50,878 bases of DNA, from NCBI GenBank assembly GCA_028821115.1, contig JAPPHF010000041.1, positions 1 to 50,878 of the forward strand. The letters run 5' to 3'. Source of the DNA: Deltaproteobacteria bacterium. Lineage in GTDB: Bacteria > Desulfobacterota > Binatia > UBA9968 > JAJDTQ01. The position numbers and the translations under genes are program-made. This document shows, piece by piece, positions 42,933 to 50,827 of this stretch (its first letter is position 1; every line of letters begins with the position of its first letter). Below the pieces are notes generated by a model. The model ran no database searches, was not told the DNA's origin, and worked only from the letters and a program-made list of their open reading frames with translations.

Positions 42933-43793
42933 ATGGCCATAATCTTCGCCTTGGGCGCCGCGTTTTTCTTTGGTTCGGCCCACATCCTGGTGCGCTGGGG
43001 CCTTCGCACCGGCGGACCCACCACCGCCATCACCTTCAACCTCCTCACCATGGGCGTGGTGCTGCTGTCGGTCATGGGACCCTGGGCGGAGTGGGCGCAG
43101 TTGTCGCCTGCCGCGGCGGGGTGGTTCATCCTGGCCGGAGCGGTGGCGCCCCTGGCCACGCAGTTCCTGTTCTATGCCGCCATCTCCCGCGTCGGCGTGG
43201 CGCGGGCCTCGCCCTTGCGAAACACCTCGCCGCTGTTCGCCGGCCTGCTGGCGGTGGCGTGGCTGGGGGAGCAGTGGACCCCGGCGCTCGTGAGCGGCAC
43301 CCTCATGATCATCCTGGGGGCCACGGTGCTGGGAATGCGCGACGAGCGGGCGCTTACGAATTTCCGCAAGCGCGATCTGCTGTTCCCGCTCGGCGCATCG
43401 ATACTGGGAGGGGTCGCCAGCCCCATCCGCAAGTACGGCTACGGGATGCTGACCTCCGTGCCGCTGGCCATCTGCCTAACCCTGATAGGCAGCGTCAGCG
43501 GCCTGCTCCTCTACCTGGTGGCGTGGCGCGGCTACCGCGACGTAAGCGTCAACCGCGGCACCGTGCTGTGGTTCGGCCTCTCGGGAGCGGTGACGAGCTG
43601 CGGCATCACCTCCTACATGATGTCGCTCAGCATGGGCGACGTGGTACTGGTGGACCCGCTTATCGCCACCACGCCGCTGTTCTCGGTAACGTTCACCCAT
43701 CTCCTTTTGAAGGACCAGGAGCGAGTCACGTCGAAGGCGGTCATCGGCGCGCTCTTGATATGCGCCGGCGGCGTGGTCCTGACGGCTTTCTGA
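42933..43793 (+). CDS. DMT/EamA family transporter
   Basis: About 10 hydrophobic segments in two repeats; GVARASPL...SPLFA, PLIATTPLFS. Confidence 0.9.
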   Translation: MAIIFALGAAFFFGSAHILVRWGLRTGGPTTAITFNLLTMGVVLLSVMGPWAEWAQLSPAAAGWFILAGAVAPLATQFLFYAAISRVGVARASPLRNTSPLFAGLLAVAWLGEQWTPALVSGTLMIILGATVLGMRDERALTNFRKRDLLFPLGASILGGVASPIRKYGYGMLTSVPLAICLTLIGSVSGLLLYLVAWRGYRDVSVNRGTVLWFGLSGAVTSCGITSYMMSLSMGDVVLVDPLIATTPLFSVTFTHLLLKDQERVTSKAVIGALLICAGGVVLTAF

Positions 43794-43794
43794 A

Positions 43795-43809
43795 CGGACA
43801 GGACACTAG
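43795..43809 (+). repeat. Solo end remnant of the CTAG element
   Basis: cggacaggacactag is identical to the last 15 nt of copy 2 (11554-11568); starts 1 nt after the DMT stop codon. Confidence 0.55.
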
Positions 43810-43874
43810 CGGTTTCATCTGGTTTGACGCGGCCGGCGGGGAGAAGCGTGGTCCGACGCCAGACGAATGCACGG

Positions 43875-43903
43875 TTGACACGGCGCGGACCGGCGGCTAA
43901 CCC
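43875..43903 (+). promoter_or_regulatory. Putative sigma70 promoter giving a near-leaderless Nudix transcript
   Basis: TTGACA-N17-TAACCC ending 9 nt before ATG 43913; no SD visible. Confidence 0.4.
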
Positions 43904-43912
43904 GCATATCTC

Positions 43913-44419
43913 ATGGACCCGGGCGATGAGATCGTGGCCATAGTCGACGAGGACAACAACGTCGTCGGTTCCGCGGCGCGGCGGGAGATGCGGGCGAGAA
44001 GGCTGCCGCACCGCAGCACCTACATCCTGGTGTTCAACTCAAAGGGCGAGATCTACATACAGAAGCGCACGCACACCAAGGACGTGTTCCCGGGGCACTA
44101 CGATCCCGCGGCCGGCGGCGTCGTGCTGGCGGGCGAGAGCTACCTCGAAGGCGCACTCCGGGAGCTTGAGGAAGAGATGGGCATCCGCGACGTTCCGCTC
44201 GAGAGCCTGTTCGAGTTCTACCACGCGGATGACAACAGCCGGGTGTGGGGAGCGGCCTTCCGGTGCGTCTACGACGGCGAGGTGACGCTGCAGGAGGAGG
44301 AAGTGGAGAGCGGCGCTTTCGTGGAGGTAGACGCGGTGTTCCGGGCCGCGGCCACGGAACCGTTCACCCCGGACGGCCTCTACGTGCTGCGACGCTACGT
44401 GGACACGGCCGGAGGTTAG
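43913..44419 (+). CDS. Nudix hydrolase (YfcD/IDI-like)
   Basis: HRSTYILVFN, KRTHTKDVFPG, Nudix box GGVVLAGESYLEGALRELEEEMG. Confidence 0.92.
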   Translation: MDPGDEIVAIVDEDNNVVGSAARREMRARRLPHRSTYILVFNSKGEIYIQKRTHTKDVFPGHYDPAAGGVVLAGESYLEGALRELEEEMGIRDVPLESLFEFYHADDNSRVWGAAFRCVYDGEVTLQEEEVESGAFVEVDAVFRAAATEPFTPDGLYVLRRYVDTAGG

Positions 44420-45108
44420 TGGCGGATCCCATCATCCAGATAGCCGGCATCCTGGACCGGGCGGAAGTGCGGATGCTGGTGGACAGCGGCGTTCAACGGC
44501 TGGGCTTTCCCCTGGGGTTGGAGGTCCACCGCGAGGATCTCCCGGCAGACGAAGCCGCGGTCATCATCCGGACGCTGGGCCTGGGTCCGTGCGCCTGGCT
44601 GATCACCTACCTCGACGATCCGCGCTCCATCGCTGTCCTGTGCGACAGGCTCGGCTGCGCCGGCGTGCAACTGCACGGCCCCGTCGACAAGGGCCGGGTG
44701 GCGGGCCTCCGGGCGCTGCGTCCCGGCCTGCAGGTGGTCAAGAGCCTGATTGTGCGGGACGACAACCCCGTGGAGCTGGAGGACGAAGTGGCGGCCTTCG
44801 CGCCGCACGTGGACGGCTTCATCACGGATACCTTCGACCCGGCCACCGGAGCGTCCGGCGCCACCGGCAAGACCCACGACTGGGCCGTCAGCCGCCGGCT
44901 GGTGGAACTCAGCCCGCGTCCTGTCATACTGGCGGGAGGGCTGACGCCGGAGAACGTCGGCCGGGCCATACGAACGGTGCGGCCCGCGGGAGTTGATGTC
45001 CATACCGGCGTGGAAGATCGCAATGGCCGCAAGGACCCCCGCCGCGTGCAGGCCTTCGTGGCCGAGGCGGAAGAGGCATTTGCCGCGAACGTGGGTCGGT
45101 CCGGCTGA
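44419..45108 (+). CDS. Phosphoribosylanthranilate isomerase (TrpF)-like TIM barrel
   Basis: GVQLHG, VVKSL, FITDT...SGATGKTHDW, VILAGGLTPENV, GVDVHTGVE. GTG start overlaps the Nudix TAG by 1 nt. N-terminal QIAGI replaces KICGI. Confidence 0.8.
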   Translation: MADPIIQIAGILDRAEVRMLVDSGVQRLGFPLGLEVHREDLPADEAAVIIRTLGLGPCAWLITYLDDPRSIAVLCDRLGCAGVQLHGPVDKGRVAGLRALRPGLQVVKSLIVRDDNPVELEDEVAAFAPHVDGFITDTFDPATGASGATGKTHDWAVSRRLVELSPRPVILAGGLTPENVGRAIRTVRPAGVDVHTGVEDRNGRKDPRRVQAFVAEAEEAFAANVGRSG

Positions 45109-45189
45109 TACGCGGACAGGCGTCATCCGCAAGCCTCGCAAGCGAGCATGCGGGCCCGGCGGCGCCGGCGGACGGAAACGGGAGAGAGC

Positions 45190-46164
45190 ATGAAACTGGG
45201 ACTCAGCCCCCTGCAGGGCACCGACAGCTTCGAGGAGACCATCCGCGAATGCGAGCGCGCGGAGGCGGCGGGGTTCGATTCGGTCTGGCTCGGCGAGCAT
45301 CACAACAACCCCGTCCTCTATCCGGCGCCGCTGCTGGGGCTGGCCGCCATCGCCGCCCGCACCAGCCGGGTCTCGCTGGGAACCGGCGTCCTGCTTCTGC
45401 CTCTTTACCATCCCATGTGCGTGGCCGAGGAAGGCGCGATGGTGGACATGATCTCGGGCGGACGCCTCATCCTGGGGCTGGGGGCCGGATACGCGCCCGA
45501 GGAGTTCGCCGCCTTCGGCCTCTCCGTGAAGCAGCGCGGCAGCCGGCTGGAAGAAGGCGCCGCCCTGGTCCGCCGGCTCTGGACCGAAACCGACGTCACC
45601 CATCACGGCCGGTACTTTCACGTGGAAGGCGCCACGGTGGGACCGAGGCCGGTGCAGCAGCCGTCGCCGCCCATCTGGTTCGGCGCCTGGACCGCTCCCG
45701 CCATCGAACGCGCGGCGCGGTTGGGCGACGCCTGGCTGGCGGGGCCGTCAGCGGCGCTGTCCGAGCTGTCGTCGTGCGTGGCCGCGTACCGTCAGCGGCG
45801 CGCCGAGCTGGGCAAGGAAGCGGGCACCATCGCGGCGTTCCGCTACGTCTTCGTGGCCGGCACCACGGAGGAGGCGCTGGAGATCGCCGGCGGGTCCTTC
45901 ATCCGGGCTTTCGAGGACATGTACTTCCGCTGGCCCCACCCGGTCGTCAAGCGGCCTGCCGGCGATCTCACCATCGAGCGGCTGGCGGAGAACCGCATCA
46001 TCCTGGGCGACCCCGACACTTGCGTCCGGGAGATCGCGCGCTTCCGGCAGGAAATCGGCCTCGATCACCTGGTCTGCCGCTTCTCCGTCCCGGGCATCTC
46101 CCGCGAGGCTTCCATGGCATCCCTCGACCTCTTCGCCCGGGAGGTCATGCCGGCCCTCGGGTGA
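45190..46164 (+). CDS. LLM class flavin-dependent oxidoreductase
   Basis: AEAAGFDSVWLGEHH, LGTGVLLLPLYHP, SGGRLILGLGAGY, PPIWFGA, RAARLGDAW. Confidence 0.92.
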   Translation: MKLGLSPLQGTDSFEETIRECERAEAAGFDSVWLGEHHNNPVLYPAPLLGLAAIAARTSRVSLGTGVLLLPLYHPMCVAEEGAMVDMISGGRLILGLGAGYAPEEFAAFGLSVKQRGSRLEEGAALVRRLWTETDVTHHGRYFHVEGATVGPRPVQQPSPPIWFGAWTAPAIERAARLGDAWLAGPSAALSELSSCVAAYRQRRAELGKEAGTIAAFRYVFVAGTTEEALEIAGGSFIRAFEDMYFRWPHPVVKRPAGDLTIERLAENRIILGDPDTCVREIARFRQEIGLDHLVCRFSVPGISREASMASLDLFAREVMPALG

Positions 46165-47158
46165 GGGCCGGCTGAACGGCGTCGAGGGCGGAGTCGAGTT
46201 CCCGCCACCAGTTGGTCATCACCTCGCTCCGGGCCATTCGCTCCCGCACCCTGCGCCGCTCGTGGCTGACGGCGGTATAGTCCAGGCCGCCCAGGTGCGC
46301 GCCGATGGCCTGCTGGGTCAGGCCGCCGTGGCGATAGAGCAACTCCATCAGGATGCCGCGCTGGTCGCGACACCGGCCCCGCTTACGCCGGAGCCGTTCG
46401 GGCGCAAGATTGAAGTACCTTGCCGCCTCGGCCGTGATCCGGGCGGGTTCCAACCGCGGCGTCGGAGGCGGCAACGTCGCCTGTCCGGCACTCCCGGTCA
46501 TGGCGGCCCACTGCTGCCTGGAACTTGCCCAGAAGCGGTCGTCGCCCAGGATGACCTGCCCGCGCAGCTCCTTCCAGGGGCTCGACACTCCCTGCTCCAG
46601 GGCGTCCTGCACGAACCGGCCATACCGGCGCCGGGAGTTACCGACTCGCGACAGCACCGCATCGTAGTGGACCCACGATTCCCGGCGGCGCGCCGAGGCG
46701 TACCCGCCGAGGCTGCTCCAGGGGTATTGCCAGAGTTGCCGGACCTGCTCGGGCACGATGCCTCTCCGCAGGCGGGGGGTGCGCACCGGGTTGATGTGGA
46801 CATGCCGGCTGACCGCCAGCAGCCATGCGTCCGGCTGCAACAGGATGGCCTTGAAGCGGCCCTGGTAGAGATGGCCGGTGCGGCGGTGCCGCCGGTTGAA
46901 GTAGGACGTGTAGGCCACGTTGAAGTGGCGCATGAATTCGGAGAGATTGGCCTTCGGCGTCTCCGCGACGAGGTGGAAGTGGTTGTTCATCAGCACGTAG
47001 CAATGAAGCTCCACCTCGTAGATCTCCAGCGACTTCCGCAAACGTTCGAGGAAGGCATGGCGGTCGTCGTCGTCCCGGAAGACGTTCCGCCGGTCGTTGC
47101 CCCGGCAGGTCACGTGGTAGTGGGCGTGCGGGTACTCGATTCGTAACGGTCGTGCCAT
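46145..47158 (-). mobile_element. REP-associated tyrosine (Y1/HUH) transposase with C-terminal HTH, probably catalytically impaired
   Basis: MARPLRIEY, YHVTCRGN, YVLMNNHFHL (HUH), GHLYQGRFKA, YPWSS. The usual RYIHLNP motif reads RHVHINP. C-terminal LTQQAIGAHLGGLDYTAVSH resembles a DnaA/TrpR-type HTH. Confidence 0.88.
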
Positions 47159-47181
47159 GTTACTCTCCAAATGACACAGTT

Positions 47182-47195
47182 CAAGGTCTGACCCT
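47182..47195 (+). repeat. Transposase-associated end motif (CAAGGTCTGACCC; GGGTCAGACCTTG on the gene strand)
   Basis: Lies 23 nt upstream of the transposase ATG; near-identical copy at 50075-50088. Confidence 0.6.
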
Positions 47196-47204
47196 TAGAA
47201 GGGC

Positions 47205-47232
47205 ATTATCGCCGTGGAGGAGCGGATGTCAA
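47205..47232 (-). promoter_or_regulatory. Putative sigma70 promoter of the HUH transposase
   Basis: TTGACA-N16-GATAAT on the minus strand. Confidence 0.5.
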
Positions 47233-47300
47233 GGGTAGAACCATGAAGGCTTTTGCATTTTCGGCCCCTTTCTGGCAACGGACTATTGCGGGTGACGCCG

Positions 47301-48173
47301 ATGTTCGAGGGATTCGCGACACACGATATCCGCTGCGAGAATGCCACGATTCATTGCCGGGTCGGCGGCCGGGGCAACCCGGTCCTGCTGTTGCATGGAT
47401 TCCCGCAAACCCATGTCCAATGGCACCGGCTGGCTCCGCTGCTGATGGATGCGTTCACGCTCATCATCCCCGATCTCCGCGGTTACGGAGCGAGTCGGGG
47501 ACCCGCGCCCGATCCGGAGCACGTCAACTACTCCAAACGCGAGATGGCCAGGGACATGGTCCAGGTCATGTCGGAGGTCGGGCATGACAGGTTCGGCATC
47601 GTCTCGCATGACCGCGGCACGCGGGTCGGCTACCGGCTGGCACTCGATCATCCTGAACGGGTCAGCCATTTCGTGAGCCTGGACACGGTCCCGACGCTCG
47701 ACTCCTGGGAAGCCACTGACATGGCGGTCTCCATCAGGCGATATCATTGGTCTTTCCTGGCTCAACCGGCGCCCTTGCCGGAACGATTGATGGGCGCGGA
47801 CCCGGACTTCTACATCTCGCACCTGCTGGACCGTTGGGCCGGAGGGCCTGATGTGTTGGACCCGGCCGCCGTGGAGGCGTACAAGGCGGCGTTTCGGAAA
47901 CCGAGCGTGATGCAGGCGATGGCGGAAGACTACCGGGCCGGCGCAACCATCGACTACGAGCTCGACCGGCGGGACCGGCAGGCGGGAAGGAAGCTCCGGT
48001 GCCCGGTCCTGGCGCTGCGGGGATCGCCTCGCAAGCCCAAACCGCTCCGTCCGATTTGGGAACGATGGGCCGATGACGTGTCCGAGGCCGAGTTGGACTG
48101 CGGTCACTTCATAGCCGAAGAAGCGCCGGAGGCTTGTGCGGAAGCCATTCGTCGTTTCCTGTCGGCCGGATAG
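47301..48173 (+). CDS. Alpha/beta hydrolase, fluoroacetate/haloacetate dehalogenase-like
   Basis: LLLHGFPQT, PDLRGYG, YSKREMARD, HDRGTR, YHWSFLAQP, EDYRAGA, GHFIAEEAP. Confidence 0.8.
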   Translation: MFEGFATHDIRCENATIHCRVGGRGNPVLLLHGFPQTHVQWHRLAPLLMDAFTLIIPDLRGYGASRGPAPDPEHVNYSKREMARDMVQVMSEVGHDRFGIVSHDRGTRVGYRLALDHPERVSHFVSLDTVPTLDSWEATDMAVSIRRYHWSFLAQPAPLPERLMGADPDFYISHLLDRWAGGPDVLDPAAVEAYKAAFRKPSVMQAMAEDYRAGATIDYELDRRDRQAGRKLRCPVLALRGSPRKPKPLRPIWERWADDVSEAELDCGHFIAEEAPEACAEAIRRFLSAG

Positions 48174-48209
48174 CCCGGTCTTTCACGCTGACTTCCGAGG
48201 AGGCGGGCG

Positions 48210-49037
48210 ATGAGCGAACAGGTGGAGATCCGGCTCGACGTTCCGTACGGGGGAGGCCCCGACGGCACGCTCTGCAACGACGTGTACCTGCCCGCCGGTC
48301 CGGGGCCGCATCCGGCGCTGCTGTGCTTTCATGGCGGCGCCTGGGCTCACGGCAGCCACCGCCAGTACCAGGAGTGGGGACCGTGGCTGGCGGCCCGCGG
48401 CTACGCCCTCGTGGCGGTGGACTACCGGCTGTCGAAGAACGTCTCGCCGTCGTGGCCGGGCGTGCACGAGGATATCCGGCGGGCGCTACGCTGGCTGGTG
48501 GCGGAAGCGCCCAGGCTGCGGGTCGATCCGGCGAGGCTTGGGCTGGTGGGCGACTCGGCGGGCGGCCACATGGCGGCGTTGCTGGCCCTGGAGGATTGGG
48601 TCAGGCCGCACCTGCGGGCCGTGGTGGGAGTGTACGGCATCTACGACTTGCTTGACTGGTGGAAGGTGACCCGGGCAAGGAAGGACGACCCGGTGGGCGC
48701 GCTCATGGGCAGGACGCCGGCCCAGGCTCCGGAAGACTACCGCAGTTTCTCGCCGCTCCAGGGAGTGGAGGCCCAGGGAGTGCCGCCCGGGGTGCCCTAT
48801 CTTATCATCCACGGCGAGCAGGACCCTATCGTCCACCACAACCAGTCCGAGCGCTTCATCGCCGCGCTCCAGGCCGCCGGCGCCGAGGTGGAGACCCTGT
48901 TCGTCTCGGGCGCCGGCCACTCGTGGTTCACCTACCTGCCCAACGAGCCCGACCGCCGGCGCGTGGACCAGGAGCCCAACGTCACGGTGCAGCCGGTGCT
49001 GCTCGGTTTCCTCGAGCGCAACCTGGCGTCTCGCTAG
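48210..49037 (+). CDS. Alpha/beta hydrolase esterase/lipase (HSL/BD-FAE-like)
   Basis: FHGGAW, VDYRL, GDSAGGH, HGEQDPIV, GAGH. Confidence 0.88.
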   Translation: MSEQVEIRLDVPYGGGPDGTLCNDVYLPAGPGPHPALLCFHGGAWAHGSHRQYQEWGPWLAARGYALVAVDYRLSKNVSPSWPGVHEDIRRALRWLVAEAPRLRVDPARLGLVGDSAGGHMAALLALEDWVRPHLRAVVGVYGIYDLLDWWKVTRARKDDPVGALMGRTPAQAPEDYRSFSPLQGVEAQGVPPGVPYLIIHGEQDPIVHHNQSERFIAALQAAGAEVETLFVSGAGHSWFTYLPNEPDRRRVDQEPNVTVQPVLLGFLERNLASR

Positions 49038-49057
49038 TCGTTCTCGGTCTTCCCCGC

Positions 49058-49972
49058 TCAATCATACTGGGCGGCGCGGCGCTGCCGGAGGAATTCTCCC
49101 GCCACGATCGGTGGGAACTGCCGGGGACGGTGGTCGCCGCAGCAGGAGTCGATGCACCGGACCGTCACCTGGCTATTGGGGTTGTAGAAGAAGACGGTGG
49201 AGTACCGGGATTGCCTCACGTCCGCGGCGGGCAGCGCCACACGGTGCTTGGGCGACCGGAAGATGCCGTTGGTCCACCGCGATAGCAAATCCGCCACGTT
49301 GACCGTGACCGTGCCGGGAATCGCCGGGACGGTCAGCCACCGGCCGTCCACCAGCGCCTGCAGTCCCTCCACCGCGTCCTGGAAGACCAGCGTGACCGTG
49401 CCGTAGTCGGAGTGGCTGCCGGCGCGCAGTTGACCGGCGTCGGGCCGGCGCTCCACGGGCGGGTAGTGGAAGAACCGCACGGTGCTGGCGTGGGGGGCGT
49501 GCTTGTCGACGAAGAAGTCCTCCGGCGCCCCCAGAGAGAGCGCCATGGCCTGGACCAGCGCCGCGCATGCCCGGGCGCCGGCCTCGTGGAGTTCCAGGAC
49601 CGTCTCACGGAAACCGGCCACCGGGATGCTCCACCGGTCCAGCAGCTTCAGGCTGGCCTGGTTGAGGCTGAAGGACTCCTTGAGATCGCCGGGCCGTTGG
49701 GTATCGAGGTGCTCCACGGCGACGCCGACATAGCCCGAGATGACGTCGAGATCGGACCGCCCGATGGCTTCCTTGACCTCCCCCGGCAAGGAGAAGAACT
49801 CTTTGGCCTTAATCGACACCCGTTTGAGCAAGCCTTCCGGCAACGGCAGGTTGGCGACGTTGAGAAAGCCGTACTCGGCGCAGGCCGCGCGGATCTCGGC
49901 GGCGACGCGACGGCGCGCTTCCGGGTCCCCGTTCATGAACGGTTCAAAGTCGACTTGTGGTATGCCTGACAC
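49058..49972 (-). CDS. 2-oxoglutarate/Fe(II)-dependent oxygenase (isopenicillin N synthase family)
   Basis: IPQVDF, GDLKESF, HSDYGTVT (HxD), SPKHRV, RYSTVFF (RxS). Confidence 0.92.
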   Translation of the reverse strand: MSGIPQVDFEPFMNGDPEARRRVAAEIRAACAEYGFLNVANLPLPEGLLKRVSIKAKEFFSLPGEVKEAIGRSDLDVISGYVGVAVEHLDTQRPGDLKESFSLNQASLKLLDRWSIPVAGFRETVLELHEAGARACAALVQAMALSLGAPEDFFVDKHAPHASTVRFFHYPPVERRPDAGQLRAGSHSDYGTVTLVFQDAVEGLQALVDGRWLTVPAIPGTVTVNVADLLSRWTNGIFRSPKHRVALPAADVRQSRYSTVFFYNPNSQVTVRCIDSCCGDHRPRQFPPIVAGEFLRQRRAAQYD

Positions 49973-50074
49973 GTTCGGTCCCCGGTACGGGCGCTAGCTC
50001 TCGACAGAGAGCCAATACCCGACAATACAAGTTTGCGTCCTAAATCCGGCTAGTTAAGGGCCGGAGCACAAGTA

Positions 50075-50088
50075 CAAGGTCCGACCCC
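50075..50088 (+). repeat. Second copy of the transposase-associated end motif
   Basis: cacaagtacaaggtccgacccct versus cacagttcaaggtctgaccctt at 47175-47196; same orientation, intergenic. Confidence 0.5.
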
Positions 50089-50120
50089 TCACAGCCCGGG
50101 GCGTCACCGGTGGATTCCGG

Positions 50121-50726
50121 TCAAGCGTCTGCCGCCTCCCTCAACCGCTTGGCGTTCGCCTCGGTGACAAGCCGTTCCAATTGCTCGTAGGGCTCGGCGC
50201 CGACGATGGCCAGGCCCTCCGAAAGGTAGGTGGGGACGGCCGTCACACCGAGGGAGTGGCAGCGCTGCCAGTCGTCGTTGACGGCCTGCTGGAAGGGGCG
50301 CTCGGACAGCACGCGGCGCGCCTCCTCCACTGGCAGACCCGCCTCTTCCACCAGTTGGAGCAGCACGTCGGGCTCCGCGATATTGGCCGCCTCCACGAAA
50401 TAGGCGCGGTACACCGCGGCGTTGAAGGCGTCTTCCCGGCCCTCGCGTTTCGCCCATTTCGCCAGTTCTTGCGCCGAACGGCTGTTGTAGCTGAACTTGC
50501 GCTCGGTGAACGGGAGACCCTCGCGCTCAAGCATGACGTCTACCCGACTCGGGCCGTTCATGTTGCGCGGCTTGCCCTCGGGCGGGGTCTCGGGATGCAA
50601 TGGGAACTGGGTGTAGACGACGTTCAGGTCATGGTTCTGCCGCAGTTTCTCAATACGCCCGGTACTGAGATAACACCACGGTCACACGAAATCCGTGAAG
50701 ACCTCGAGGGTGACTTGATCGGCCAT
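50121..50726 (-). CDS. DsbA/FrnE-family oxidoreductase, selenoprotein (UPWC; Sec codon at 50682-50684)
   Basis: AAGGAG RBS, then MADQVTLEVFTDFV-TGA-PWCYLSTGRIEKL...FPLHPETP...GVTAVPTY. The TGA occupies the first Cys position of the family CPWC motif; 201 aa with readthrough. Confidence 0.88.
50640..50681 (-). promoter_or_regulatory. Bacterial SECIS-like hairpin directly after the UGA
   Basis: ccguggu/acugcgg lower stem, ucucaguac/guauugaga upper stem, G-rich apical loop cgggc starting about 21 nt after UGA. Confidence 0.75.
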
Positions 50727-50827
50727 CGGCATCTCCTTTTCTACGGTTCGTCAAGCTCGTTGGTCAGTCAACATGACGCGCCATGCTATCAGATCGGGCG
50801 ACGCCGTGCGAGAAGAGAGCCGCGCAA

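Noticed and set aside
47233-47300. Fluoride riboswitch upstream of the dehalogenase-like gene
   Set aside because: Looked for specifically; no GGxGATGGxGTTCxCC...GCTxATGAC consensus is present.
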